From an uncultured Gemmatimonadales bacterium (GTDB taxonomy: Bacteria > Gemmatimonadota > Gemmatimonadetes > Longimicrobiales > Gaopeijiaceae): DNA of 64,000 nt. Location of the stretch: positions 1 to 64,000 of the forward strand of contig CAWGKG010000007.1 of the NCBI GenBank assembly GCA_963823035.1, given 5' to 3'. Below are positions 13,181 through 25,308 of the stretch, in pieces. Under the pieces are notes generated by a model, which was not told where the DNA came from, did no database searches, and saw only the letters and a list, made by a program, of their open reading frames with translations. Position 1 is the stretch's first letter, and each line of letters opens with the position of its first letter. The translations under genes were made by a program, and so were the position numbers.

Positions 13181-14707
13181 ATGGAAGATCTCAACCAGGT
13201 CCTTCGGGCACGGCGCGAGAAGCTCGACACCCTGAAGGACCGGAACATCGAGCCGTTCGCCTACAATTGGTCGCCCACGCATCGCGCCCGCGAAGCCGCG
13301 TCGGCGTTCGAGGCCGCGGAGGAGGCGGGCACGCTCAGCGAGGCCGGGGACGGGGGCCGCGTATGCCTCGGCGGACGCCTGGTCGCCTGGCGCTCGCACG
13401 GGAAGAGCGCCTTCGCGCACCTGGAGGACGCCTCCGGTCGCGTCCAGCTCTATTTCCGCAAGGACGTGCTGGGCGAGCCGTCCTTCACCGACCTGGACCT
13501 CCTCGACCTGGGCGACTGGATCGGCGTGGAAGGGCCTGCCTTTCGCACGCGGATGGGGGAGGTGACCGTGCGCGTCGAGTCCTGGACGCTGCTCACCAAG
13601 TCGCTGCGCCCGCTTCCCTTCGGTAAGGTCGAAGTGGACGCGAACACGGGGGAGCGCACGGTCCATTCGGGCTTCGCCGACACCGAGTCCCGCTACCGCC
13701 AGCGGTACGCCGACCTCGCCGTCCACCCGGACGTCCGCGAGGTGTTCCGCACGCGGGCGCGCGTCGTCACCGAGTTGCGCCGCTTCCTCGACGACGAGGG
13801 CTTCCTCGAGGTCGAGACCCCGGCGCTGCAGCCGCTCTACGGCGGGGCCTCGGCCCGCCCCTTCGTGACCAAGCACAACGCGCTCGACCAGACGATGTAC
13901 CTGCGCATCGCCGACGAGCTGTACCTGAAGCGGCTCCTGGTCGGTGGGCTCGACCGCGTCTACGAGATCAGCAAGGACTTCCGCAACGAGGGCATCGACC
14001 GATTCCACAACCCGGAGTTCACGATGCTCGAGTGGTACCAGGCGTTCGCCGACTACGAAGACCAGATGGACCTGGTCGAGCGCCTGGTCGTCCACGTGGC
14101 GGACACGGTGCTGGGGCGGCGCACGTTCACCTTCGGAGAGCACGAGATCGCGGTGGAACCGCCGTTCGCACGCCTCCGCCTGGTGGATGCGCTCTCGGCG
14201 GCCCTGTCCACGGACGTACACGACCTCGACGACGCGGAGCTCAGGCGCCGCGCGGAGCGGCTCTCGATTCCCGACCTGGGCGGAGCTGGGCGCGGCAAGC
14301 TCATCGACAAGCTCTTCGGGGAGCTCGTGGAGCCCGGCCTGGTGCAGCCCACGTTCGTCCTCGACCATCCGAAGGAGCTGTCGCCGCTCGCGAAGCCGAA
14401 GCGCGGCGAGCCGCGCCTGACGGAGCGCTTCGAGCTGTACATGGCGGGAATGGAGGTCTTCAACGCGTTCTCCGAGCTCAACGACCCCCTCGACCAGCGC
14501 CGCCGCTTCGAGGAGCAGGCGGAGCTGAGGGCCGGAGGCGACGACGAGGCGCAGCAGATCGACGAGGACTACATCAGGGCGCTGGAATACGGGATGCCGC
14601 CGACGGGGGGGGTCGGGATGGGCGTGGACCGCCTCGTGATGCTCCTCGCGAACCAGCCCTCGATCCGCGACGTCATCCTGTTCCCGACGCTGCGGACCGA
14701 CGAGTGA
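13181..14707 (+). CDS. lysS: Lysine--tRNA ligase (class II)
   Basis: YRQRYADL, GGASARPF, FRNEGID..HNPEFTMLE and YGMPPTGGVGMGVDRL motifs. Confidence 0.98.
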   Translation: MEDLNQVLRARREKLDTLKDRNIEPFAYNWSPTHRAREAASAFEAAEEAGTLSEAGDGGRVCLGGRLVAWRSHGKSAFAHLEDASGRVQLYFRKDVLGEPSFTDLDLLDLGDWIGVEGPAFRTRMGEVTVRVESWTLLTKSLRPLPFGKVEVDANTGERTVHSGFADTESRYRQRYADLAVHPDVREVFRTRARVVTELRRFLDDEGFLEVETPALQPLYGGASARPFVTKHNALDQTMYLRIADELYLKRLLVGGLDRVYEISKDFRNEGIDRFHNPEFTMLEWYQAFADYEDQMDLVERLVVHVADTVLGRRTFTFGEHEIAVEPPFARLRLVDALSAALSTDVHDLDDAELRRRAERLSIPDLGGAGRGKLIDKLFGELVEPGLVQPTFVLDHPKELSPLAKPKRGEPRLTERFELYMAGMEVFNAFSELNDPLDQRRRFEEQAELRAGGDDEAQQIDEDYIRALEYGMPPTGGVGMGVDRLVMLLANQPSIRDVILFPTLRTDE

Positions 14708-14730
14708 GCTCGCGGGCGGAGGAGGCGTTG

Positions 14731-15979
14731 ATGCGGAGGCTCTACTGGTACATCGCGCGCCACTACCTGGGGGCCGGGAGGAGCCGCGGGCTGCTCTCGC
14801 TCATCACCTGGATCGCCCTGGGCGGCGTGACGGTGGGGGTGACCGCCCTGATCGTGGTCATCGCCGTGATGAACGGGATGCAGGAGGACCTGCGCGGGAA
14901 GATCCTGGAGTCCACGCCGCACGTGTACATCCTCCGCCAGGGCAGCTCGCTCCGCATGGGGGACTGGCGGGCCGTGCGTGACACGGCGCTCGCCGTGCCC
15001 GGGGTGGTCGCGGCGGCCCCGTTCGTGCTGACCGAGGTGGCGCTGACGCGGGGACAGCCGGGGGACGAGTACACACAGCCGGCGACGCTCTACGGCGTGA
15101 GCATCGATACCTCGCAGGCATCGGCCACCGACCTCGAACGCAGGATCGTCCAGGGCGCCCTCGACCTGGATCCGCCCGAGTCGGGCGCGACGCCGATCCT
15201 CGTCGGCAGCGGCCTCGCCGACCGCATGCAGCTCTTCGTGGGGGATTCGCTCGTCGTCTATGGGCTCGAGAACCTCCACCAGGGGCTGATGGGCACCATG
15301 CCGGCCGTCCGCCGGTTCGAGGTCACGGGAACGTTCACGACCGGGATGTACGAGTACGACACCAAGAACGTGTACACGCGCCTCGAGGACGCGCAGGACC
15401 TGCTGGGCATCGCGGGACGGGACGAGGTGTCGGGGATCGGGGTTCGCACGACGGATCCCGCCCTGGCCACCCAGATCGGCGACGAGATCCAGGCGCGTCT
15501 CGGCTTTCCCTATCGCGTCGAGAGCTGGATCACCACGAACAACGCCCTCTTCAGCGCGCTCAAGCTCGAGAAGCTGGCGATGGGGCTGATCCTCTTCCTG
15601 ATCGTCGTGGTCGCGGCCTTCAACATCATCAGCACACTCGTGATGGTGGTGGCGGACCGCACGCGCGAGATCGGGATCCTCAAGGCGATGGGGATGACCC
15701 GGCGAGGCATCCTCACCGTGTTCGTCCTGCAGGGCGCCTGGATCGGCGTGGTCGGCACGGTCGCGGGCACGGTGCTCGGCCTGGTGCTGGCCTGGGCGCT
15801 GGGGACGTACCAGCTGATCCCGATCCCGCCGGAGGTGTACTTCGTGGACCACCTTCCGGTGTCGGTGAAGGTCTCGGACGTCCTCCAGATCATCGGAGCC
15901 AGCATCGCGGTGGCCTTCGCCGCGACCATCTATCCCGCGCTGCAGGCCTCGCGCCTGGAGCCGGTCGACGCGATCCGCC

Positions 15980-15987
<8 letters not shown>
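14731..15987 (+). CDS. lolE: Lipoprotein-releasing ABC transporter permease (LolC/E family)
   Basis: GVTALIVVIAVMNG, AAFNIISTLVMVV..RTREIGILKAMG and YPALQASRLEPVDAIRHE. RBS GGAGG. Confidence 0.9.
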
Positions 15988-16696
<709 letters not shown>

Positions 16697-16741
16697 CGAG
16701 GGGAGTGAAGAGGCGAGAGGTACCGAGCAGGGGAGGAGATC

Positions 16742-17240
16742 ATGGTCTGTGACAACTGCGGAGGCGGCGACGCCGTGGTGCATCTGACGCAGATCGTGAA
16801 CAACGAGATGTCCACGTACCACCTCTGCGAGAAATGCGCCGCGGAGAAGGGGTTGGAGACCACTCCGGAGCCCATGCACTTCCCCCTCACCGACTTCCTC
16901 GCCCAGATGGGGGAGGAGAGCACCGCGCAGGCGCCAGGGCCCCACGGAGCACTGCTCCTTCTGCGGGCTAACCTTCGGCGACTTCCGGGAGACGGGCCGA
17001 CTCGGCTGCCCCCACTGCTACGAGACCTTCGAGTCTCACCTGCGGGGACTCCTGCGCCGGATCCACGGCGGCACCCAGCACATGGGGAAGGTCTACCTCC
17101 CGCCCGACCCGTCGGCCTCGGAGATGGAGAAGCGGCTCGAGGCGCTGCGGCGCAAGCTGCAGCGGGCCGTCGATACCGAGGACTTCGAACGCGCGGCGCG
17201 GATCCGCGACCAGATCCGCACGCTCGAGCCGGCGGGGTGA
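16742..17240 (+). CDS. mcsA: McsA, arginine kinase activator (frameshift ~16940)
   Basis: CDNC/CEKC, then in a shifted frame CSFC, GRLGCPHCY and the UVR domain EDFERAARIRDQI. Lies upstream of mcsB. Confidence 0.9.
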
Positions 17241-17247
17241 GGCGCTC

Positions 17248-18372
17248 GTGGACGACCTGACCGCGGTTCCCGACTACGGGCTGTCCTGGCTCGAGGCCAG
17301 CGGCGACCACGCCGACATCGTGCTCTCCACGCGCGTCCGTCTCGCCCGCAACATGCAGGGCCACGCCTTCGGGCCGCGCGCGCGCGTGAACGACCGCGAG
17401 GCGGTGCTGCGCCGCTTCCGCGACTCGACCACGGGGTCCTCCGCGGCGGCGCGGGGAACGCTGCTCGAGATGGCCGACGTGGGCGTGCGCGCCCGCAGGA
17501 TCCTCCTCGAGCGCCGCCTGGTGTCGCGCGACCTCCTGGGCGAGTCCGAGAGCGGCGGCCCGCCGCGCGGCGCGGCCGTCCTCCTGACCGACCACGACCC
17601 GCTCAGCGTGATGGTCAACGAGGAGGACCACCTCCGCATCCAGAGCCTGGTGTCGGGCCTCCGACTCCAGGAAGCCTGGAGCATGGTCGACCGCCTGGAC
17701 GAGGACCTGGGGCAGGATCTTCCGTACGCCTACCACCACGAGTTCGGCTTCCTCACGAGCTGCCCGACGAACGTCGGAACGGGGCTGCGCGCCTCGGTCC
17801 TCATGCACCTGCCGGGCCTGGTGCTCACGAAGGAGATCGGCAAGGTGCTGCAGGGCCTCGGCCAGGTCGGCCTGACCTTCCGGGGCCTCTACGGAGAGGG
17901 CTCGGAGGTGGTGGGGAACTTCTTCCAGGTCTCGAACCAGACGACGTTGGGAAAGACCGAGGAGGACCTCGTCGACCACCTGGACAAGATCGTCCGCCAG
18001 GTGATCGAATACGAGAACAAGGCCCGCCAGACGCTGCTGCGCGACGCGCGCGCCGTGACCGAGGACAAGATCTGGAGGGCGTACGGTCTGTTGCGCTACG
18101 CGCGGGCCCTTTCCTTCGAGGAGCTGATGAACCTCCTCTCGGGGGTCCGCTTGGGCGCGAGCCTGAAACTCCTCCCGGGGCTTCGGGTATACACGCTCAA
18201 CAAAATCATGATCTTCACGCAGCCTGCGCATCTCGAGCAGGCAGCCAGCCGTGACCTCCCACCAACCGAAAGCGATGCGCACCGTGCGACGTACGTCCGG
18301 CGCATCCTTGCAACCGAAGGAGACGTCCCCCCCGGATCCACGGGGCCGGACGAAGGTTCTTCCCGTGCCTGA
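17248..18372 (+). CDS. mcsB: Protein arginine kinase McsB
   Basis: STRVRLARN, MVNEEDHLRIQ, SCPTNVGTGLRAS and QVSNQTTLG. Confidence 0.95.
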   Translation: MDDLTAVPDYGLSWLEASGDHADIVLSTRVRLARNMQGHAFGPRARVNDREAVLRRFRDSTTGSSAAARGTLLEMADVGVRARRILLERRLVSRDLLGESESGGPPRGAAVLLTDHDPLSVMVNEEDHLRIQSLVSGLRLQEAWSMVDRLDEDLGQDLPYAYHHEFGFLTSCPTNVGTGLRASVLMHLPGLVLTKEIGKVLQGLGQVGLTFRGLYGEGSEVVGNFFQVSNQTTLGKTEEDLVDHLDKIVRQVIEYENKARQTLLRDARAVTEDKIWRAYGLLRYARALSFEELMNLLSGVRLGASLKLLPGLRVYTLNKIMIFTQPAHLEQAASRDLPPTESDAHRATYVRRILATEGDVPPGSTGPDEGSSRA

Positions 18373-18399
18373 GGAGAGGCGAGTCCGCCGAGACGTGCG

Positions 18400-20886
18400 A
18401 TGAACTACAACTTCACCGACCGGGTCCGGAAGGTTCTGGCGATGGCCAGGGAAGAGGCCATCCGGCTTCAGCACGACTACGTGGGGACCGAGCACATCCT
18501 CCTGGGCCTCATCCGGGAGGGCGAGGGGGTGGCCGCGGCCGTCCTCACGAACCTCAACGTGGACCTCGACCAGATCCACGAGCGGGTCGAGGAGTCCGTG
18601 CGCAAGGGCAAGGCCACGATCGCCCTCGGTGAGCTCCCCTATACGTCCCGTGCCAAGAAGGTCCTCGAGTTCGCGATGGCCGAGGCGCGCGACTTCAACC
18701 ACTCCTACGTCGGCACCGAGCACCTCCTGCTCGGGCTCTTGCGCGAGGAGAAGGGCATCGCCGCCCAGGTGCTGAATTCCCTCGGCGTCACCCTCGAGGA
18801 GGCGCGCGCGGAGACGCTCAAGGTCCTCGGCTCCGACGTCACGCCCTCCGAGCCCGCCGGCATCGGCTCCGGCGCCTCGCCGCAGGGTGCGGGCACCAAG
18901 CCCGGCGACAAGAAATCGAAGACCCCGGCCCTCGATCACTTCTGCCGCGACCTCACCGAGCTGGCGCGCCAGAACAAGCTCGATCCAACCATCGGGCGCA
19001 CTGGTGAGATCGAAAGGGTCGTGGAGATCCTCTGCCGTCGGAAGAAGAACAACCCGGTCCTCATCGGGGAGCCGGGCGTGGGCAAGACCGCGATCGTCGA
19101 AGGTCTCGCCCAGCTCATCGCGCGCAACGAGGTCACGGAGGCGCTCAAGGACAACCGCGTCCTGGCGCTGGACATGGCCGCGGTGATCGCGGGCACGAAG
19201 TACCGCGGGCAGTTCGAGGAGCGGCTCAAGGCCGTGATGAACGAGATCCAGCAGAGCAAGACCGTGGTCCTGTTCATCGACGAGCTGCACACGCTCGTGG
19301 GCGCGGGCGCGGCCGAGGGGGCGATCGATGCCTCCAACATGCTGAAGCCCGCCCTCGCGCGTGGTGAGTTGCAGTGCATCGGCGCCTCCACGCTCAACGA
19401 GTACCGCAAGTACATCGAGAAGGACGGCGCGCTCGAGCGGCGCTTCCAGCCGGTGATCGTGGATCCGCCGGCGGTGATCGAGACGGTGGAGATCCTCAAG
19501 GGGCTGCGCAGCCACTACGAGGACCACCATCGCATCGTCATCCCGGACGACGCGCTCGAGCAGGCCGCGCGCCTCTCGGATCGCTACATCACGGACCGCT
19601 TCCTCCCGGACAAGGCCATCGACGTGATCGACGAGGCCGGCGCCCGCGCCCGCATCGCGAGCCAGGTGCCGCCGCCGGAGGTGGAGGAGCTCAAGGAGCA
19701 GCTGGCCGAGATCGCCCGCCGCAAGGAGGAGGCGATCGGCAACCAGGACTTCGAGCGTGCGGCCGAGCTGCGCGACGAGGAGCGGGAGCTGGGCCAGCAG
19801 ATCCGGGAGCGTCAGGAGGCCTGGGAGGAGGAGCGAAAGCGCCACCGCCCGGAGATCTCCGCGGAGGACGTCGCCTTCATCGTCAGCCGGTGGACCGGCG
19901 TTCCGGTCACGCGCATCCGGCAGACGGAGTCGGAGCGGCTCGTGCACATGGAGGACGAGCTGCACCGGCGCATCGTCGGCCAGCAGGACGCCATCGAAGC
20001 GATCAGCCGCGCGATCCGGCGGAGCAGGGCAGGGCTCAAGGACCCGCGTCGCCCGATCGGCTCGTTCATCTTCTCCGGGCCCACCGGGGTCGGAAAGACC
20101 GAGTTGGCGCGTGCCCTCGCCGAGTTCATGTTCGCGGACCGGGAGGCGCTGATCCGCGTCGACATGAGCGAGTACATGGAGAAGTTCTCGGTGTCGCGCC
20201 TGATCGGCGCGCCTCCGGGATACGTCGGCTACGAGGATTCGGGCGCGCTCACCAAGGCCGTGCGGCGTCGCCCGTACTCCGTGGTGCTCCTCGACGAGAT
20301 CGAGAAGGCGCACCCGGACGTGTTCAACATCCTCCTGCAGGTGCTCGACGAGGGCCACCTGACGGACAACTACGGACGGGTCATCGACTTCAAGAACACC
20401 GTCCTGATCATGACGTCCAATCTGGGCTCCCGGGACGTCTCGAAGGGCGGGGGCCTCGGCTTCCAGGCCGGCGACCCGAAGACCAGCTACGAGATCATGA
20501 AGGACAAGGTGCGCCAGGAGGTCGAGCGCGCCTTCAATCCGGAGTTCCTGAACCGCGTGGACGACGTGATCGTCTTCCACCCGCTGTCGCGCGACGAGAT
20601 CGCGGAGATCGTCCACATCCTCCTGGCCGACGTGCGTAAGCGCCTGGAGGAGGAGGAGCTCTCGATCCGTCTCACGGACGAGGCGGTGCTCTTCCTGGTG
20701 GAAAAGGGATACGACGAGAAGTTCGGCGCCCGGCCGCTCAAGCGCGCCATCCAGCGCTACCTCGAAGATCCCCTCTCCGAGAAGATCCTCACCGCGGAGT
20801 TCTCCGCGGGAGACGAGATCGAGGTGGGCGCCAGCCCAGGCGGTGACGGACTCACCCTGCAAGCGGGATCTACGACGAAGACGTGA
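18400..20886 (+). CDS. clpC: ATP-dependent Clp protease ATPase ClpC
   Basis: Two Clp-N repeats, Walker A GEPGVGKT and [11 protein letters not shown] middle domain. Confidence 0.97.
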   Translation: MNYNFTDRVRKVLAMAREEAIRLQHDYVGTEHILLGLIREGEGVAAAVLTNLNVDLDQIHERVEESVRKGKATIALGELPYTSRAKKVLEFAMAEARDFNHSYVGTEHLLLGLLREEKGIAAQVLNSLGVTLEEARAETLKVLGSDVTPSEPAGIGSGASPQGAGTKPGDKKSKTPALDHFCRDLTELARQNKLDPTIGRTGEIERVVEILCRRKKNNPVLIGEPGVGKTAIVEGLAQLIARNEVTEALKDNRVLALDMAAVIAGTKYRGQFEERLKAVMNEIQQSKTVVLFIDELHTLVGAGAAEGAIDASNMLKPALARGELQCIGASTLNEYRKYIEKDGALERRFQPVIVDPPAVIETVEILKGLRSHYEDHHRIVIPDDALEQAARLSDRYITDRFLPDKAIDVIDEAGARARIASQVPPPEVEELKEQLAEIARRKEEAIGNQDFERAAELRDEERELGQQIRERQEAWEEERKRHRPEISAEDVAFIVSRWTGVPVTRIRQTESERLVHMEDELHRRIVGQQDAIEAISRAIRRSRAGLKDPRRPIGSFIFSGPTGVGKTELARALAEFMFADREALIRVDMSEYMEKFSVSRLIGAPPGYVGYEDSGALTKAVRRRPYSVVLLDEIEKAHPDVFNILLQVLDEGHLTDNYGRVIDFKNTVLIMTSNLGSRDVSKGGGLGFQAGDPKTSYEIMKDKVRQEVERAFNPEFLNRVDDVIVFHPLSRDEIAEIVHILLADVRKRLEEEELSIRLTDEAVLFLVEKGYDEKFGARPLKRAIQRYLEDPLSEKILTAEFSAGDEIEVGASPGGDGLTLQAGSTTKT

Positions 20887-23339
20887 GGATGTCGGGAAGA
20901 CGATCCATTCTGGTGAGGATGGGGAAGGCCACCGCGACGGCGGCGGCCTTCTCCGCCGTTATGGCCCTGTCGAGCGCCACAGCTGTAGCGGGTCAGGAGG
21001 CCGGTCAAGCCACCCCTGGCCCGCAGCGCGTGGACTCGGTGGTGGTCGAGGGCAACAGCCGCGTCACGGCGGACAACGTGCGCACGGTGTTCGCCGTCCA
21101 ACCGGGCGCGGAGATCACCTTCCGCGACGTGCAGCGTGGCCTCAAGTCGCTGCTGCGCACCGGCCAGTTCGAGGACGTCGTCGTGCGGGCCCGCGGTAGC
21201 GCGCCCGGCGTCACGCTCGTGCTGGAGGTCAAGGAGCGACCCCTGGTGCGGCGTGTCGCCATCAACGGGCTGGAGCACGCCTCGGAGCGCCAGACGCGTG
21301 ACACCACGGGCCTGAAGCCGGGCCTTCCGTTCAACCCGCAGTCCATCCTGGACGCCAAGGCGTTCATCCGCTCGGAGCTCGCGGACGAGGGCATCCCCTT
21401 CGCCTCGATCCAGGAGCGTGTCGAGCCGGTGGAGGGCGCGGACAACGAGGTCGACGTGTCGCTCGACGTCGCCGAGGGACAGCGCGTCACCGTCGCGCAG
21501 ATCGACTTCACGGGCAACGAGGCGCTCGCCGACGACCAGTTGCGCGGCGCGATGTCCACCAAGCGAGAGGGCTTCTGGTGGTTCCGGTCCGGGTCGTACG
21601 ACGACGCGAGGTTCCAGACCGATCTCACGGAGAGCCTCCCGGCGCTCTACCGCTCGCACGGTTTCCTCGACTTCCAGGTGCGCTCCGACACCCTCCTCAT
21701 CGATCCACAGACGGGGAAGGCGAAGGTCGAGGTCACGGTGGACGAGGGGCCGCAGTATCTCCTCTCCTCGTTCTCGATCGAGGGGAACTCGCGCTTCGAG
21801 GACGAGCAGCTCGAGGGGCTGTTCCGGCATGAGGAGGGCGGCCTCCTGCGGAGCCTGGGGATCGGCGGCAGGGACGCCCAGGGCCAGGAGGGTGAGGTCT
21901 TCGACGCGGAGGCGTTCAACGAGGCGATCGCCACCGCCCGCCAGGAGTATGCGAACGAGGGCTACCTCTACGCGCAGATCAACCCGATCGTCACGCGCCA
22001 TCCTCCGATCGAGGAGGGTGAGCGGCCGACGGTGGACGCGAGCTGGCAGATCCAGGAGGGTCAGCCGGCGATCGTGAACCGGGTCTCCGTGGTCGGCAAC
22101 GACTACACCTACGAGTGGGTCGTCCGGGACCGGATCACCATCCTCCCCGGCGACGTGTACTCTCAGGATCGGGTGCTGCGCAGCTACCAGAGCATCTCCT
22201 CCCTCGGCTTCTTCGAGTCACCGATGCCGGTGCCGGAGATCAAGCCGCTCGACAACGGGGACGTGGACATCACCTTCCACGTGAAGGAGAAGCAGACCGG
22301 CTCCATCAACTTCGGCACGTCGGTCGGGGGGGGCGTGGGGCTGTCCGGCTTCCTGGGCTACGAGCAGCCCAACCTCTTCGGTCAGGCCAAGTCCGGCTCG
22401 CTGCGGTGGGACTTCGGACGGTACCTCAACAGCTTCGAGCTGAGCTACTCGGACCCGGCCCTCTTCCAGAGCCGGATCTCGGGGTCCGCCTCCCTCTTCA
22501 ACTCGCGCGACCGCTTCTATCAGTTCTCCACGGGACGGCGCAAGCGACTCGGCACGAACCTGCGCTTCGGCGTGCCCTGGCCGAATTCACGCTTCACGCG
22601 GGTCTTCCTCGGCTACTCGATCTCGCGCACCAAGTACGAGCAGTTCAGCAACGTCGACGACACCTCGCTCTTCGGCCGGGCCCCCGGCGTCCAGAGCCAG
22701 CTGTCGATGGGCATCACGCGCAACACGCTCGACCATCCGCTCTTCCCGACGATCGGCTCGAAGCAGAGCCTGAACGTGGAGGCCAACGGCGGGATCCTGG
22801 GCGGAGACGGCAACTTCACGAAGGTGCTGGGCGAGGGAACGTGGTACGTCCCCGTCGGACAGCTCGGCGACCAGGGGGCGGGTGGCCGCCCGATCCGCTT
22901 CGCGCTCGGGCTGTCGCTCAAGGCGGGCGCCGTGTTCGGCAACGCCGACGCCTTCCCCTTCGATCGCTTCTGGATGGGCGGCGTGCAGTTCGGCCAGCCG
23001 CTGCGCGGCTACGGCGAGACCGAGATCACGCCGCTCGGCTACTACCCGGAGCGGTCGACCGAGATCTTCGACATCCAGCGCCTGGGCAACGCCTTCTTCA
23101 GCATGACGGCCGAGTACGCCCTGCGCCTCAACGACCAGATCTCCCTGTCGGCCTTCTACGACGCCGGTAACGTCTGGCGGACGCCCGCCCAGATCGACCC
23201 GACGAAGCTGTTCCGGGGCGCCGGTTTCGGCCTCCAGCTCGTGACGCCGTTCGGGCCGATCGGCCTGGACTACGCGTACGGCTTCGACAAGGCGACCCCC
23301 GGCTGGCAGCTCCACTTCCGCATGGGCCCGGGCTACTGA
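20883..23339 (+). CDS. bamA: Outer membrane protein assembly factor BamA (start uncertain; 20919 possible)
   Basis: POTRA repeats (VEGN, FTGN), LRGY motif and C-terminal TPFGPIGLDYAYG. Confidence 0.95.
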   Translation: MRMSGRRSILVRMGKATATAAAFSAVMALSSATAVAGQEAGQATPGPQRVDSVVVEGNSRVTADNVRTVFAVQPGAEITFRDVQRGLKSLLRTGQFEDVVVRARGSAPGVTLVLEVKERPLVRRVAINGLEHASERQTRDTTGLKPGLPFNPQSILDAKAFIRSELADEGIPFASIQERVEPVEGADNEVDVSLDVAEGQRVTVAQIDFTGNEALADDQLRGAMSTKREGFWWFRSGSYDDARFQTDLTESLPALYRSHGFLDFQVRSDTLLIDPQTGKAKVEVTVDEGPQYLLSSFSIEGNSRFEDEQLEGLFRHEEGGLLRSLGIGGRDAQGQEGEVFDAEAFNEAIATARQEYANEGYLYAQINPIVTRHPPIEEGERPTVDASWQIQEGQPAIVNRVSVVGNDYTYEWVVRDRITILPGDVYSQDRVLRSYQSISSLGFFESPMPVPEIKPLDNGDVDITFHVKEKQTGSINFGTSVGGGVGLSGFLGYEQPNLFGQAKSGSLRWDFGRYLNSFELSYSDPALFQSRISGSASLFNSRDRFYQFSTGRRKRLGTNLRFGVPWPNSRFTRVFLGYSISRTKYEQFSNVDDTSLFGRAPGVQSQLSMGITRNTLDHPLFPTIGSKQSLNVEANGGILGGDGNFTKVLGEGTWYVPVGQLGDQGAGGRPIRFALGLSLKAGAVFGNADAFPFDRFWMGGVQFGQPLRGYGETEITPLGYYPERSTEIFDIQRLGNAFFSMTAEYALRLNDQISLSAFYDAGNVWRTPAQIDPTKLFRGAGFGLQLVTPFGPIGLDYAYGFDKATPGWQLHFRMGPGY

Positions 23340-23551
23340 TTCAGACCCTCCGCGCCTGTACAGGCGCGGGCCTGCCGCCCAAATTGACAGGCTGTGTCTC
23401 GTTCGCGTGGGAACACGGGAACATGTGCGCGGATCCTGGACTACTACGTCCAGGTACTCGATGACACGCAGCAGAACCGCCCTCCCTCGGACGAGTCCTC
23501 GTCCGGAGGGCGAAGTACATACCAGCCCCACCCCCACTGGAGCAGAAGCCC

Positions 23552-24085
23552 ATGCGACGCACCCCGTTCGCCGCCCTGGCGCTGGTCTTCGCGCTGGTCG
23601 CCGGCACCACGGAGGCGCAGACGCTGAAGATCGGCTACATCAATTCCCAGGAGATCCTCAGCAACGCACCCGGCGCAAAAGAGGCGCAGACCGCGTTCGA
23701 GAAGGACATGAAGGGCTACACGGATGAAGCCCAGCAACTCCAGGACGAGCTTCAGCGAATGCAGCAGCAGCTCCAGCAACAGGAGCTGACCCTCTCCCCC
23801 GAGGCAAAGCGCAACCGCCAGCAGCAGATCCAGCAGAAGGCCACCGACGCCCAGCAGCGCATGCAGGAGCTCGACCAGCTCGCGGCGCAGCGCCGGGCGG
23901 AGCTCATCCAGCCCGTGATGGACAAGGTCAACGCGATCATCGAGAAGATGCGGGAGGAAGGCAGCTACGCCCTCATCCTCGACGTCGCGGCCGGCTCGAT
24001 CATCGCCGCGGATCCCTCCCTCGACCTCACCCAGGAAGTGATCCGCAGACTGAAGGCCGAGGCGCCCACCGGAGAGCCCCAGTAG
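23552..24085 (+). CDS. skp: OmpH/Skp periplasmic chaperone
   Basis: Signal peptide, LKIGYINSQEIL, Gln-rich coiled coil, DLTQEVI. Sits between bamA and lpxD. Confidence 0.92.
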   Translation: MRRTPFAALALVFALVAGTTEAQTLKIGYINSQEILSNAPGAKEAQTAFEKDMKGYTDEAQQLQDELQRMQQQLQQQELTLSPEAKRNRQQQIQQKATDAQQRMQELDQLAAQRRAELIQPVMDKVNAIIEKMREEGSYALILDVAAGSIIAADPSLDLTQEVIRRLKAEAPTGEPQ

Positions 24086-24112
24086 AGGGCCAACAGACGG
24101 TGTAGAAACCCG

Positions 24113-24154
24113 GGGCCCACGGGCGCATCGCCATGCGCCCGTGGGCCCTTCTTC
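24113..24154 (+). terminator. Strong hairpin after skp (terminator-like)
   Basis: GGGCCCACGGGCGCAT-CGCC-ATGCGCCCGTGGGCCC followed by TTCTTC. Confidence 0.65.
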
Positions 24155-24168
24155 ATTCGGAGCGTTCC

Positions 24169-25248
24169 ATGGAGGAGTCCCATCCGAGGGCGGCGACGCG
24201 CGTCCTCTCGCTGGCCGAGATCGCGGCGTTGGTCGGCGGCGAGCTACGCGGCGACGGCACGCTGAGCGTTCATGGAGTCGGTCCGATGGACGAGGCCGGC
24301 CCCAACGAGCTCGCGATGCTGACCACGAAGCGGTACGCGAAGTCCGCGGCGGATTCGCGCGCGGGCGCCTTCCTCGTCACACGCGACATGGCGCGCTACG
24401 TCGACCCGGAGCGGCCATGCATCGTGGTGGACGAGGCGCACCGGGCTCTCGTGACCCTCCTGAAGCACCTCTACCCGGCCCAACCCGGGCCTGCCGGGGT
24501 GCACCCTACGGCCGTCCTGGGCACGGGCGTCCGCCTGGGCACGGACGTCGCCGTCGGCCCCTACGTCGTGCTGGAGGACGGCGTCGAGGTCGGCGACGGC
24601 TCCCGCATCGGCGCGCACAGCGTGCTCGGACGGAACGTGAAGATCGGTGAGGGCTGCACGCTGCATCCGCACGTGGTGCTGTACCCGGGCTCGGTGCTGG
24701 AGGACCGGGTCATCCTCCACGCGGGGGTCCGCATCGGTGCCGATGGCTTCGGCTACGTCTTCTTCGACGGGGCGCACCAGCGCATCCCCCACGTCGGTCG
24801 CGTCGTGATCGAGTCGGACGTCGAGATCGGCGCGAACACCACGGTGGACCGAGGCTCGATCGGTGACACGGTGGTGGAGCAGGGGGTCAAGCTGGACAAC
24901 CTCGTCATGGTCGGCCACAACGTGCGGATCGGCGCGCACTCGATGTTGGCCGGCATGGTCGGCATCGCCGGCTCGACGCGCCTCGGCAAGCGCGTGTGGG
25001 TCGGGGGGCAGGCGGGAATCATCAACCACCTCCACATCGGGGACGGCGCCCGTCTTGCAGTAGCCGCGAAGGTCATGCGGGACGTGCCCGCCGGGGAGGT
25101 GATGTCCGGTCATCCGGCCCGGCCCCACCGGGAGGACATGAACCGCCAGGCCCATCTCGGGCGCATCGAGAAGCTCTTCGGGAGGGTCAAAGCGCTCGAG
25201 GCCGAGGTCGAGGCGCTACAGAACTCCGGCGACCGGTTAGATCGGTAA
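24169..25248 (+). CDS. lpxD: UDP-3-O-acylglucosamine N-acyltransferase
   Basis: Hexapeptide repeats, GADGFGY, EIGANTTVDRG and KLDNLVMVGHNV. Confidence 0.96.
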   Translation: MEESHPRAATRVLSLAEIAALVGGELRGDGTLSVHGVGPMDEAGPNELAMLTTKRYAKSAADSRAGAFLVTRDMARYVDPERPCIVVDEAHRALVTLLKHLYPAQPGPAGVHPTAVLGTGVRLGTDVAVGPYVVLEDGVEVGDGSRIGAHSVLGRNVKIGEGCTLHPHVVLYPGSVLEDRVILHAGVRIGADGFGYVFFDGAHQRIPHVGRVVIESDVEIGANTTVDRGSIGDTVVEQGVKLDNLVMVGHNVRIGAHSMLAGMVGIAGSTRLGKRVWVGGQAGIINHLHIGDGARLAVAAKVMRDVPAGEVMSGHPARPHREDMNRQAHLGRIEKLFGRVKALEAEVEALQNSGDRLDR

Positions 25249-25308
25249 CCGGATTGTGATTACCTTCCTGTGTTTTGGTCACGTACGGTCCTCCCACCCA
25301 GGAGGGGC

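Noticed and set aside
17956..17968. ACCGAGGAGGACC in mcsB matches the first 13 nt of the CRISPR spacer
   Set aside because: Short match on common codons (T-E-E-D). The rest mismatches and there is no TTC PAM, so it is not credible self-targeting.
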